The translations under genes and the position numbers were made by a program. 64,000 nucleotides of DNA. Source: a bacterium (GTDB lineage: Bacteria; Patescibacteriota; Patescibacteriia; JACPHY01). The notes under the pieces are model-generated. The model was not told the origin of the DNA. It made no database searches and worked only from the letters and a program-made list of their open reading frames with translations. Below, in pieces: positions 47,764-57,439 of this stretch; within the stretch, counting starts at the first letter, position 1; every line of letters begins with the position of its first letter. The stretch covers positions 27,105-91,104 of the forward strand of contig JAUSKG010000021.1 in assembly GCA_030647005.1 (NCBI GenBank), in the 5' to 3' direction.

Positions 47764-47995
47764 AGCGTGAGATCTCTCGACTTCGCTCCGCTCCGCTCGA
47801 GATGACGGGGGGGCAGGAAGGGATCGCTCGAGATGACGAGAGTGGGATTGCTTTGTGTTTCATTCCTCGTCATCTCGACCAAGCGAGTCCTCGAGCGCGT
47901 GGAGAGATCTCGTCAGCACAGTTCGGGGCGCATTTCGCGTAGCGCGACAAGATTTCTCCGCTCGCGGACTCGGTCGAAATGACGGAGGAGGAGAG
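47764..47995. repeat. Family A repeat block upstream of GIY-YIG; contains second copy of 70-nt direct repeat incl. a remnant GIY-YIG 3' end (…PELC*)
   Basis: cgtcatctcgaccaagcgagtcctcgagcgcgtggagagatctcgtcagcacagttcgggg repeated at 47425 and 47868. Confidence 0.7.
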
Positions 47996-48001
47996 GTCCA
48001 C

Positions 48002-50368
48002 TCACTTTTTTCGCTTCCCTCCCCACTTCCTCCCGGGCCCGCGTGCGCGTTTTTTCGTGAGGAGCTCCATCGCCGCTTCGAGTGTGATGTCCTCGACGGA
48101 GGACTTCTTGGGGATGCTCGCGTGCGTGGTGCCGTCCGTCACGTACGGGCCAAAGCGGCCGTCCTTCACCTGGATTGGAGTATTCGTGGCGGGGTCCTCG
48201 CCGAGGGTGCGCAAGGGTTCTGCTGCTTTGCGCTTGCGCTCCGTGGCCTCTGCGCAGAGCGTGATAGCGCGCTCGAGCGCGATCGTCGTGGGGTCCTCGC
48301 CTTCGGGAATAGTCGCGTTGCGTGTGCCGCAGGAGACGTACGGGCCAAAGCGTCCGAGGTTCGCGGTCACACGTTCGCCGTCGTGCTCGCCGAGGTCGCG
48401 CGGGAAGTTGAGGAGTGCGAGCGCCTGGTCGAGCGTGAGTGTGTCGCGATCCTGTCCCTTGAGGAGCGATGACGACTTCGGCTTCTGTCGCTTCGGCTTG
48501 GCCTTGGACGGCTTGCCGGACTTCAGCGGCTTCGGCGGGATCATCGGCATGTCCTCGAGGCGGCCGAGCTGCACGTACGGCCCGAAGCGACCGAGGCGCA
48601 CGAGGATGGGGAGACCGGTTTCTCCATCTTCGCCGAGTACGCGCTCCTGCGAGACATCGGCTTTCGTGAGTGCTTCCTGCTTCTCTTGGACTTCTCGCGC
48701 GAATGGCTCCCAGAAGCCCTTGAGGAACGCGACCTCTTCCGTTTTTCCTTCGGCGATATCGTCCAAGTCCTCCTCCATCTTCGCGGTGAATTGGAGGTCA
48801 ACGATGTTCCCGAAGTGCTCGGCGAGGAGGTCGTTCACCATGAACGCGACATCCCCCGGGATGAGCTGCTTGCCGTCGCGTTCGATGTACCCGCGCGCCT
48901 GGATCGTGGAGATCGTGGGCGCGTACGTGGACGGGCGACCGATACCCTCCTCCTCGAGCTTCTTCACGAGCGATGCCTCGGTGTAGCGCGGTGGCGGTTT
49001 CGTGAAGTGCTGTTCCGGGGTGAGTCCGTCAAGCTCGCACTGCTCTCCCTCGCGGAGCGGTGGCAGGAACTTCTCACCCTCGACGTCGTCCTGCTCGCGT
49101 GCGGGCTCGTCTTCATCGCGTCCCTCCTGGTACGCGCGGAGGAACCCATCGAAGATGATGGTCTGTCCGGTGGCGCGGAATGTGTACATGATTGCCGATT
49201 TCGCCTCGATGTTGACGCCCACGCGCTTGAGTTTGGCATCGGGCATCTGGCAGGCCATCGTGCGCATCCAGATGAGTTCGTAGAGCGCGCGCTGCTTGTC
49301 ATCGGCAACCGTGAGCGACGATGGCGTGTGCGTGGCGTCGGTGGGTCGGATGGCCTCGTGCGCCTCCTGCGCGCCCTTCGCTTTCGTCGTGAACGTCCGC
49401 GGCGCGGGGAGGACATACGCGGGTCCGAACTGTTCGCCAACCTGCTTTGTGATGGTCGTGATGGCTTCTGCAGCGATGTTGACCGAGTCCGTTCGCATGT
49501 AGGTGATGTGACCGGTCTCGTAGAGCTTCTGCGCGAGTATCATGGTCTGGCGCACGCCGAAGCCGAGTTTTCGTGACGCCTCCTGCTGGAGCGTCGAGGT
49601 CGTGAACGGTGCGGCCGGTTTCCGTGATGCCTCCTTCTCCTCGACGTTCGCGACCGTCCACGTCGCATCGCGACACGCGCGCACGACTGCGTCCGCCTCC
49701 GCCGCGTCCTTCGGCACGAACTTTTCGTCGTCGCGCTGCTTGAGCGATGCGGAGAACGATTGCTGCGCGCTCGCGTGGAGCATCGCGTCCACGCTCCAGT
49801 ATTCCTCCGGCGTGAACGCCTTGATCTCGCGCTCGCGGTCCACGATGATCTTCACCGCGACGGATTGGACGCGGCCAGCGGAGAGTCCGGGGCCCACCTT
49901 GCGCCAGAGGAGCGGGGAGAGTGTGTAGCCGACGAGCCGGTCGAGGATGCGCCGCGCCTGCTGGGCGGACACGAGCTTCATGTCAATCGAGCGGGGGTGC
50001 GCGAGCGCACGCTCGATGGCCGACTTCGTGATCTCGTGGAACACGATGCGCTTCGTGCGCTCCGGCGGGAGTCCGAGCGCCTCGGCGACGTGCCACGCGA
50101 TGGCCTCTCCCTCGCGGTCTTCGTCGGACGCGAGGATGACCTCATCGGCTGCTTTTGCCGCCTTCTTGAGCGTGGCGACGTGCTGCTTGGAGTCCGGTGG
50201 GACTTCGTACGCTGGTGCGAAATCGTGCGCGACGTCCACGCCCATCTTGCTCTTCGGGAGATCGCGGATGTGCCCGAACGATGACTCCACGGTGAAGTCA
50301 CTGCCGAGGAATTTCTTGATCGTGCGCGCCTTCGTGGGGGACTCGACGATGACGAGGGTTTTTGCCAT
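48002..50368 (-). CDS. topA: DNA topoisomerase I with C-terminal GRFGPYV repeat domain
   Basis: MAKTLVIVESPTKARTIKKFLG...GHIRDLP; start set at internal MAKTLV (track ORF extends to 50476). Confidence 0.95.
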   Translation of the reverse strand: MAKTLVIVESPTKARTIKKFLGSDFTVESSFGHIRDLPKSKMGVDVAHDFAPAYEVPPDSKQHVATLKKAAKAADEVILASDEDREGEAIAWHVAEALGLPPERTKRIVFHEITKSAIERALAHPRSIDMKLVSAQQARRILDRLVGYTLSPLLWRKVGPGLSAGRVQSVAVKIIVDREREIKAFTPEEYWSVDAMLHASAQQSFSASLKQRDDEKFVPKDAAEADAVVRACRDATWTVANVEEKEASRKPAAPFTTSTLQQEASRKLGFGVRQTMILAQKLYETGHITYMRTDSVNIAAEAITTITKQVGEQFGPAYVLPAPRTFTTKAKGAQEAHEAIRPTDATHTPSSLTVADDKQRALYELIWMRTMACQMPDAKLKRVGVNIEAKSAIMYTFRATGQTIIFDGFLRAYQEGRDEDEPAREQDDVEGEKFLPPLREGEQCELDGLTPEQHFTKPPPRYTEASLVKKLEEEGIGRPSTYAPTISTIQARGYIERDGKQLIPGDVAFMVNDLLAEHFGNIVDLQFTAKMEEDLDDIAEGKTEEVAFLKGFWEPFAREVQEKQEALTKADVSQERVLGEDGETGLPILVRLGRFGPYVQLGRLEDMPMIPPKPLKSGKPSKAKPKRQKPKSSSLLKGQDRDTLTLDQALALLNFPRDLGEHDGERVTANLGRFGPYVSCGTRNATIPEGEDPTTIALERAITLCAEATERKRKAAEPLRTLGEDPATNTPIQVKDGRFGPYVTDGTTHASIPKKSSVEDITLEAAMELLTKKRARGPGRKWGGKRKK

Positions 50369-50406
50369 GGGGTGTGATCGCGGATGAAGAGATGTGCGGA
50401 TACCGC

Positions 50407-51498
50407 TCATGATCGAACGTAGCGGGAGCCGCCTACATCCCTCACCACACCATCGAGCTCCAGGGTTGTCAAGCAACTCGCGAGTTCGTGCGCGGGGGCG
50501 TTGACCACTGCGTGGAGGTCATCCACGTGGATGGGCTCGTGCGAGAGCGCGTCTACGATGCGGGCCGAGAGGCCGGTGAGGTGTGGCGCGGGTCTCGCTG
50601 CGGGGTGGAAGAGTTGGTCGAGGTGGAGGGCTTCCACGATGTCCTCCGCGCGCGTGATGGGCGTGGCACCGGACTTGAGCATGGCGAGCGGGCCCCGTGA
50701 CTCCTCCGCGGTGATCGGGCCGGGGACCGCGAAGACCTCGCGGCCAAAATCGAGCGCGAATCGCGCGGTGATGAGCGCGCCGGAATCACGCGGACACTCG
50801 ACGACGACCGTCCCCATCGAGAGGCCGGCGACGATGCGGTTGCGCGCGGGGAAGTGCATCTTGAGGCCCGCGGTGCCCGGGACGTACTCGGAGACGAGCA
50901 CTCCACCGGCGTCGAGGATGTCCCGCGCGAGCCCCCGGTGGTGGCGCGGGTAGATCGCGGCGTCATCAATGCCGGTACCGAGCACCGCGAGCGTGCGGCC
51001 ACCAACCTCGAGCGCCGCGCGGTGCGCAGCGCCATCAATCCCGAGCGCGAGGCCCGACGTGATCGTGAGGCCAGATCGCGCGAGCGGTCCAACGAGGAGA
51101 CGGGTTGCCGCGAGGCCGTAGTCCGTCGCGCGCCGCGTTCCGACGAATGCGATCTGCTGCGTGACGAGCGCGTCGGCTGCGCCGCGGACGAAGAGGACGA
51201 GCGGGGGATCGGGGATGGTCTTGAGGAGCGCGGGGTAGCGCGCGTCCGTGCGCGGGATGAGCACGATGCCGCCTGCGAGCATCGTTGCGGCGAGTGCGGG
51301 GACATCGATCGTCGGGCGTGCACCGAGGACGTTCGCAACGGTTTGCGGCATCATGCCGACCGCTTCAAGGTCTGCGCGGCGCGCTCCCCACGCTGCGGTG
51401 GGTGAGCCGCAGCGCTCGACGAGTCGCCAGAGGCGGACGCTCCCGATGATGTCGGTGAGCGCGGCGAGGCCGATCCAGGAAGTGAGCGTCGCGTCCAT
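50407..51498 (-). CDS. dprA: DNA processing protein DprA/Smf
   Basis: Rossmann-like DprA core ...GLALGIDGAAHRAALEVGGRTLAVLGTGID... Confidence 0.9.
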   Translation of the reverse strand: MDATLTSWIGLAALTDIIGSVRLWRLVERCGSPTAAWGARRADLEAVGMMPQTVANVLGARPTIDVPALAATMLAGGIVLIPRTDARYPALLKTIPDPPLVLFVRGAADALVTQQIAFVGTRRATDYGLAATRLLVGPLARSGLTITSGLALGIDGAAHRAALEVGGRTLAVLGTGIDDAAIYPRHHRGLARDILDAGGVLVSEYVPGTAGLKMHFPARNRIVAGLSMGTVVVECPRDSGALITARFALDFGREVFAVPGPITAEESRGPLAMLKSGATPITRAEDIVEALHLDQLFHPAARPAPHLTGLSARIVDALSHEPIHVDDLHAVVNAPAHELASCLTTLELDGVVRDVGGSRYVRS

Positions 51499-51539
51499 AG
51501 GGTGTGCAGCGTGCGAGGGGCGTGGTAAGATAGCGAGGT

Positions 51540-51947
51540 ATGAAACGTCAACATGAGTTCCCGTTTATGGGACAGGGCGAGGACGCTGCGGAACAACCGC
51601 CGCTGCACACGGATGCCGATGCGCCACTGGAGGACGAGGATGTCCCTCCACCGGAGTCGCCACGCGAGGTTGCTCGGCGCATGGTCGAGCGGGGCGTGAG
51701 TCGTGCGGCGATCCTCGCGCAAATCCGTGAGATTCGCGGGCTGCTCGAGGGACAGGGGCGCTCGTCGGTTCCCGGCACCGCACCACTCGTGGATACGTTC
51801 GAGCGCGCGCAAGCGGAAGCGCGTGACACAGCCGCCAAACGGGACACATCCGACTGGTCCACATCCCTCGATGAGATCGAGGGTATAGACGATGCGCGCG
51901 GGCAGTCCGATGCGGGCGTGGATGACGGGCGAACGGAAAGCCCTTGA
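51540..51947 (+). CDS. hypothetical acidic protein (135 aa)
   Basis: ORF with modest SD; no family recognised. Confidence 0.45.
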   Translation: MKRQHEFPFMGQGEDAAEQPPLHTDADAPLEDEDVPPPESPREVARRMVERGVSRAAILAQIREIRGLLEGQGRSSVPGTAPLVDTFERAQAEARDTAAKRDTSDWSTSLDEIEGIDDARGQSDAGVDDGRTESP

Positions 51948-52080
51948 CGCGCAGGTCTCCTTTCGGTAATATTTGCCTTATGGTGTGCGAGGCCTCCTCT
52001 TCGTGCACCTCCCTCTGAGGTTCGCGCCTCCAGAGGGAAGCCGCGCCGACCCCTGCCACGCGAAAACGTGGCGGGGGTTC

Positions 52081-52632
52081 TCATTGCGCATGAGCTGCAA
52101 TCGCGGTCACTGCAGCGGCGATGGCCTCGTCAATCGCCGGCCGTTCACTGCGTGCGATTTTTTGCAAGACGAATCGTTCCGCGGGAATTCGATGTCCGTC
52201 GCTCGTGGTGTTCGGTCCGATGCCGATGCGCACGCGGGTGAAGTCCTTGGTCCCGAGGTGGTTAATGGTGGACTGGACGCCCTTCTGTCCACCGCTCCTG
52301 CTGCCGACTCCGACGCGGATGTCGCCAACCGGGAGGTCGAGGTCGTCGTGGACTACGATGAGGTGCGCGCTGCTCACTTCGAGGCGCAGGTGTCGGACGA
52401 GCGCGGAGACGGCCCGACCACTCTCGTTCATGTACGTTGTCGGTTGTGCGAGGACGACGCGCTGCCCGTTCACCTCGCACTCGAGGATGCGCGCGTGGAG
52501 GAGCCGCTTCGTGCGCCACGTCGCTCCCGATCCCCATCGCGCCGCTATCGCATCGAGCACTTCCCACCCGACGTTGTGTCGGGTGTGTTCGTACTCCGTT
52601 CCCGGATTGCCGAGGCCAACGATGAGGATCAT
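52081..52632 (-). CDS. pth: peptidyl-tRNA hydrolase
   Basis: MILIVGLGNPGTEYEHTRHNVGW... Confidence 0.93.
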   Translation of the reverse strand: MILIVGLGNPGTEYEHTRHNVGWEVLDAIAARWGSGATWRTKRLLHARILECEVNGQRVVLAQPTTYMNESGRAVSALVRHLRLEVSSAHLIVVHDDLDLPVGDIRVGVGSRSGGQKGVQSTINHLGTKDFTRVRIGIGPNTTSDGHRIPAERFVLQKIARSERPAIDEAIAAAVTAIAAHAQ

Positions 52633-52647
52633 AGCGTGGTGGCGCAG

Positions 52648-53691
52648 TTACGGGCGGCGCGCGAGACGCTCGATGAGGCGGTCGATGACGGTGAACGCTT
52701 TGGTGTTGTCGTGACGGGGGTACCGCGCGAGGGCGTCTGCGTACCCATCCCCATTGTACAGGAATGCCTCGACGCGTTCGCGGTCGAGTGTTTCCCACAT
52801 CTTCCCATATCCGAGCTCCTCGAGGAGGAGCCCGTTTGCGATTTGCTCGAACTGGCCAGCGATCGGGTGGGCGAGGAGGGGTTTCCCAAAGTGGAGCGCC
52901 TCGGTCATGAGTGTGAAGCCGGCGGTTGCGATAACGGCGCGGCACGTCGCGAGGTCGCGGAGGAAGGTGGTGGGGTTCGGTCGCTTGGAGGTGATGTTCG
53001 CCGCACGGCGGCCACGCGGGATGCCGTACACGATGAAGTGCGCGCGCACGCGTTGGAGGACATCGAGGAGCTCGCGATCCGCAGACGTGCTGTACACGAG
53101 TACCGATCGCCCGCGTCGCGGGTGCTGTCGGAGGACGGCATCGCGGAGGAGCGGGGGGACGACGTGCGTGTTTGGCCGCGTTGGCATGAGCGGGGCGAAC
53201 GCTGTGACGACGTACGCATCGCTACCGGCGTTCACGAGCTCCGTGACGGTGCGCGCGGTGCGCGCGGCGAGGGTGTGTCGCGGGGGCACCGCGATGTCGG
53301 TGCGCGTGAGCGCGTGGATGTTGTCAATGGAGAGGAGTGGGCGGTGCTTGAGGCGCGCGATCATGCCGACGATCGGTTCGTAGTCCGAGCAGACGACCTG
53401 CGGGTCAAACGTATCAATAACCCTGCGAACGCGGTCAATGCTCCGCGTGTTCCCCGGTGCGCGGAGCGCGTTCGCGAACGCCGTGCGGATGATCTGCACG
53501 CGGTTTTCTGCGTACGCGATCTCGAGGCCGGTAATCCGCGTCGTCGGGAAGTCGTCGTGGAGGTGCGCGAACGACGCATCATGGGCCACGACGTGCACAT
53601 CGTGGCCCACGGCACGGAGGTGTTCGAGCACTGCACGCGACCGCGTCGCGTGGCCGCTCCCCTGACCGGCAACTCCGTAGAGGATACGCAT
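52648..53691 (-). CDS. GT-B fold glycosyltransferase (MurG-like/GT28-related family)
   Basis: N-terminal GQGSGHATRS glycine-rich motif, C-terminal ...ATAGFTLMTEALHFGKPLL... Confidence 0.75.
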   Translation of the reverse strand: MRILYGVAGQGSGHATRSRAVLEHLRAVGHDVHVVAHDASFAHLHDDFPTTRITGLEIAYAENRVQIIRTAFANALRAPGNTRSIDRVRRVIDTFDPQVVCSDYEPIVGMIARLKHRPLLSIDNIHALTRTDIAVPPRHTLAARTARTVTELVNAGSDAYVVTAFAPLMPTRPNTHVVPPLLRDAVLRQHPRRGRSVLVYSTSADRELLDVLQRVRAHFIVYGIPRGRRAANITSKRPNPTTFLRDLATCRAVIATAGFTLMTEALHFGKPLLAHPIAGQFEQIANGLLLEELGYGKMWETLDRERVEAFLYNGDGYADALARYPRHDNTKAFTVIDRLIERLARRP

Positions 53692-53762
53692 AATCTTCGG
53701 CGCTCCCGCGCCAGCTTCAGAGGGATGGAGGCCTGAAGGCCTCCGCTACACCATTGTTCTCT

Positions 53763-55148
53763 TTAGGCCTTCACGGCTTTCACGGTGACGATGAGCGGGG
53801 TTCCGGTGAAGTCCGCGTGCTCGCGGAGCGCGCGCTCGATGATGTTGGGGATCGCGCGGGGGAGCTTGACGTGGCGTCGTGTGCGGAGGAGGAATTGCGG
53901 TGGCGCGATGCCAACCTGATCGAGGTCTATCATGCGGATCTGTCGCTGCCCCTCGCGATCGCGCGGTGCCGGGATGCGGCTTCGCGCCGCAGCGTAGACC
54001 GCACGCAGCTCCTGGTCCGTGAGCGTCCGGCGCCAGTTCTCAAGCGCGTGGAGCGCGGCCGGCATGATGCGGGCCACCGAAGACCCCGCGGTGACCGAGG
54101 TCATGAGGACGGGTGCAAAGGTGAGGTGCGGGAAGAGTGCGTGAATCGCATCCGTGAGGTCGGGGTGCTCCTCGCCCTCGAGGAGGTCCATCTTGTTCAC
54201 GACGATGATGCAGGCGCGGCGGGTCTCCACGATGGTCTGCGCGAGTTGTCGAACATGGCGCGATGCGCTCCGTGTCGCATCGAGAACGAGCACCGCGACG
54301 TCCGCCCGCCGCACCGCGGCCATGCTCTTTCCCACGGATTCTCGCTCGATGCGGTCAATGCGTTTCTGGACGACCTTCTTCGTGCGCGTCGCAGCGCGTC
54401 GGATGCCTGCGGTATCCAGGAGGACGATGCGTCGCGTGCGTGCCGCGCGTTGCCGTCGCGGTGTGTACACGAACGTCACGTCGTGCACGTCGCGCGTCGT
54501 GTACGGTTCCGGTGAGACGACGGCCTCGTCGCGGCCGAGGATCGCGTTCATGAGCGACGACTTCCCGACGTTCGGTTCGCCGACAATGGCGATGCGTATC
54601 GCCGCAGGAGCATCGTCGGGCGGGAGCAGGAGCACCTCGCCGCTCGGCACATCGTGCACGACGACATCGAGGAGGTCGCCGACGCCCGCGCCGCTCTTCG
54701 CAGAGACGGGGATCGGATCGCCAAAGCCGAGCGTGAGGAACTCATGGCACGCGGCGCGGTGCTGCGCGGTCTCCGCTTTGTTGCACACGATGAGGACCGG
54801 CGTCCCGAGTGCGCGGAGGTGCTGCGCAATCGCGCGTTCACCCGGGAGGATGCCGTCGCGGACATCCACGACGAAGAGGAGGAGGTCTGCTTCGCGTACC
54901 GATCGCTCGGCTTGCTTGCGAATCTCTCCCTCGATGACATCTTCGCCATGCACATGACCGGTGAGCGTCTCGACGCCGCCGGTATCAATGAGGCGGAACG
55001 ACACGCCACGCCAGCCAGATTCGCCGATGTTGCGATCGCGCGTCGTGTGCGGCAGGGGAGAGGCGATGGCCTTCCCCTCGCCGAGGATGCGGTTGAAGAG
55101 CGTGGACTTTCCCACGTTCGTGCGGCCGATGATTGCGACGGTGAACAT
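53763..55148 (-). CDS. der: GTPase Der/EngA (tandem GTPase domains)
   Basis: GRTNVGKSTLFN and GEPNVGKSSLMN P-loops, KH-like C-terminus. Confidence 0.95.
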   Translation of the reverse strand: MFTVAIIGRTNVGKSTLFNRILGEGKAIASPLPHTTRDRNIGESGWRGVSFRLIDTGGVETLTGHVHGEDVIEGEIRKQAERSVREADLLLFVVDVRDGILPGERAIAQHLRALGTPVLIVCNKAETAQHRAACHEFLTLGFGDPIPVSAKSGAGVGDLLDVVVHDVPSGEVLLLPPDDAPAAIRIAIVGEPNVGKSSLMNAILGRDEAVVSPEPYTTRDVHDVTFVYTPRRQRAARTRRIVLLDTAGIRRAATRTKKVVQKRIDRIERESVGKSMAAVRRADVAVLVLDATRSASRHVRQLAQTIVETRRACIIVVNKMDLLEGEEHPDLTDAIHALFPHLTFAPVLMTSVTAGSSVARIMPAALHALENWRRTLTDQELRAVYAAARSRIPAPRDREGQRQIRMIDLDQVGIAPPQFLLRTRRHVKLPRAIPNIIERALREHADFTGTPLIVTVKAVKA

Positions 55149-55210
55149 AATTTACGATTTACGATTTTTGATTTGCATATCGTACATCGCAAATCATATT
55201 TCGTCCATTA

Positions 55211-56653
55211 TTACGATGCTGGCGTACCTTCCGGGCCGTTCGCCGCGCGGACAGACGTGCCGCCGAGGACGATGAGGATGTCCGAATCAATGGAGAGCGC
55301 GTCGAGCAGGGGGAACGTGGGAGAGGTGACGGCGTGGAACTGCTTCACGAGTTCGGCGATGGCGGTTGCGCGCAGGGCATCGTCGCTCTCGTTCCGGTAG
55401 TAGATGATGGTCTCGTCAATCGTGAGACGCGGGGCGTTGCCGATGTGGACGATCGCGAACTGTCGCTCATCGAGGAGTTTCGCGGTCTCGAGTGCGAGTC
55501 CGGCGACGCTCGTCCCGTTGAGGATCACGACGCGCAATCGCGTTGCAGGTGCGGGAGCGGAGGCATCGAGCGCGTGCGCGACGGTCTCGCGGAGGATGTC
55601 GTACGATCCGCCACGCGGACGGAGGACGTACGCACCGTTCCAGCGACTCGCGAGGAGCTCACCGCTCGCGGGATCGTCGGTGAAAACGATCTGCGTGATC
55701 GTTTCGAGCGGGATTGCGTCGAGGAGCTCCGCCATCCGGACGAGTTCCGGCGGGTCGAGGTTCGTGGCGAGGTGGTACTTCCACGTGTTGAGGAGCGCCT
55801 TCACGGTGCGTGCACGCGCGAGGATGCTGTCGTCCTGCGCGGCCGCGCGCACCGCGCGGAGGAGTTGCTGCTGTCGTCGCCCGCGCGCGAAGTCCGATCC
55901 CTCGCTCCCGCGCGCGCTCCGCGACCGCACGTACTTGAGCGCGAGTGCGCCGTCGAGGTGCTGGAGGCCGGCGGGGATGACGAGGTGCTCGTAGCGTTCC
56001 TCCCACGGCGCGTCCTCGTTCCCCGCGATGGGGTACGAGGGATCATCGAGCGTGTGGAGGACATCAACGTCCACGCCGCCGAGCTCATCCACGAGCCCGA
56101 CGAACCCGCGGAAGTCCACGCGAATGAAGTGCGGCACGTCAATGCCGAGCGCGACGTGCAGCGCATCGCGGAGTGCTTCGGCGCCACGCCGATCGCGGTC
56201 TTCCGCATACGCGTGCACCGCGTTCGCTTTCTCGAACGTTCCATCAGGGAGCGGGAGGAGGAGATCGCGCGGGACCGAGATGAGGACGGGGTGCGAGCCG
56301 TCGCGCTCGACGCTCGCAATGAGGATGGTGTCCGCGAGGAGCGGGCCCTCATGGCCAACGCCGCCCATGCCGATGAGGAGCACGTTGATGCGATCGTCGC
56401 CAGCACCCGCGAGTGCCTGCGTGGGATTCGTGATGAGCGAGCGGAGCGTCCGCACGGTCGCCGAGTCGCGCAGTGCGACGTACGGATTAGGATCGGACGA
56501 GCGGGTGGTCCAGGAAAGGACGAGGAAGCCCACGATGAGCGTAATAGCAACCGCGCGGAAGGTCCGGCGCAGCCGACGTCGCACACCGCCGGGGGGCTGG
56601 CGGTGTGGTGGAATCGCCTCGTCGAGGAAGTTGGGGGACGCGGCCGTCTGCAT
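55211..56653 (-). CDS. LytR-CpsA-Psr (LCP) family protein
   Basis: N-terminal TM; NVLLIGMGGVGHEGPLLADTILIASV...VPRDL. Confidence 0.85.
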   Translation of the reverse strand: MQTAASPNFLDEAIPPHRQPPGGVRRRLRRTFRAVAITLIVGFLVLSWTTRSSDPNPYVALRDSATVRTLRSLITNPTQALAGAGDDRINVLLIGMGGVGHEGPLLADTILIASVERDGSHPVLISVPRDLLLPLPDGTFEKANAVHAYAEDRDRRGAEALRDALHVALGIDVPHFIRVDFRGFVGLVDELGGVDVDVLHTLDDPSYPIAGNEDAPWEERYEHLVIPAGLQHLDGALALKYVRSRSARGSEGSDFARGRRQQQLLRAVRAAAQDDSILARARTVKALLNTWKYHLATNLDPPELVRMAELLDAIPLETITQIVFTDDPASGELLASRWNGAYVLRPRGGSYDILRETVAHALDASAPAPATRLRVVILNGTSVAGLALETAKLLDERQFAIVHIGNAPRLTIDETIIYYRNESDDALRATAIAELVKQFHAVTSPTFPLLDALSIDSDILIVLGGTSVRAANGPEGTPAS

Positions 56654-56663
56654 AGGTGAACGC

Positions 56664-56692
56664 TTGACACTACTGTAGCACGATGGTATCTT
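56664..56692 (+). promoter_or_regulatory. sigma70-like promoter (TTGACA-17-TATCTT) upstream of lepB
   Basis: cttgacactactgtagcacgatggtatctt; followed by a 7-bp hairpin catcggc-ggtg-gccgatg. Confidence 0.4.
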
Positions 56693-56783
56693 CAGTGCAG
56701 CTGTGGTATCTTAGAGGTGGTCATCGGCGGTGGCCGATGCTTCTTTATACCATAGGGTTTTTGGTGTTCTGGAGTTCTCGCGT

Positions 56784-57401
56784 ATGGGATTTGACGAGTA
56801 TCGTGGCAGTTTCGATCACGATGAGCCGGCGATGCGTCATCGGCTCCGGTCGTTCGGTGCGTACCTCCTCGAGGTGATCCGCGTGGTGGTCATCGCACTC
56901 GCGATCATCATCCCGATTCGGTACTTCCTCGTGCAGCCCTTCTACGTGAAGGGAGCATCCATGGAGCCAAACTTCGAGGATGATGAGTACCTCGTCATTG
57001 ACGAGTTGAGCTACCGCTTCCGCGAGCCCGTCCGGGGCGATATCATTGTCTTCCGTTACCCATTTGACCCCGGGCAGTTCTTCATCAAGCGAGTGATCGG
57101 GCTTCCCGGTGAGCGCGTGGAAATCGGTGGGGGGTCGGTGCGCATTGCGAATACCGAGCACCCGAACGGGTTCCAACTTGTGGAGTCCTACCTCCCGTCG
57201 GATCGCCAGACACCCGGACAGCGCATCGTTGTGCTCGGCGTGGACGAGTACTTCGTCCTCGGCGATAATCGAACGCAGAGCTTCGACTCGAAGGACTTCG
57301 GTCCCATCAAGCGCCATGCGATCATCGGTCGCGCCTGGCTCCGTGGCTGGCCGGTGACGAAGCTCGGCACGTTCGAGCAGCCAGTGTACGTTACGCCCTG
57401 A
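56784..57401 (+). CDS. lepB: signal peptidase I
   Basis: GASMEPNF (Ser box), VLGDNRTQSFDSKDFGPI; start among ATGs 56730/56784/56827. Confidence 0.85.
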   Translation: MGFDEYRGSFDHDEPAMRHRLRSFGAYLLEVIRVVVIALAIIIPIRYFLVQPFYVKGASMEPNFEDDEYLVIDELSYRFREPVRGDIIVFRYPFDPGQFFIKRVIGLPGERVEIGGGSVRIANTEHPNGFQLVESYLPSDRQTPGQRIVVLGVDEYFVLGDNRTQSFDSKDFGPIKRHAIIGRAWLRGWPVTKLGTFEQPVYVTP

Positions 57402-57439
57402 AGCGAGGAATCACGCGAGGTATAAAATAGTTTCGCACT

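Noticed and set aside
50369-50476. N-terminal 36 codons of track ORF for topA
   Set aside because: TopA homology begins at MAKTLVIVESPTKA; upstream residues are read-through of the dprA-topA spacer.
51960-52080. GC-rich stem-loop region between convergent genes 51540..51947 and pth, considered as SRP/6S-like ncRNA
   Set aside because: No match to conserved SRP RNA motifs by eye; more simply a convergent terminator region (hairpin gccacg-cgaaaa-cgtggc).
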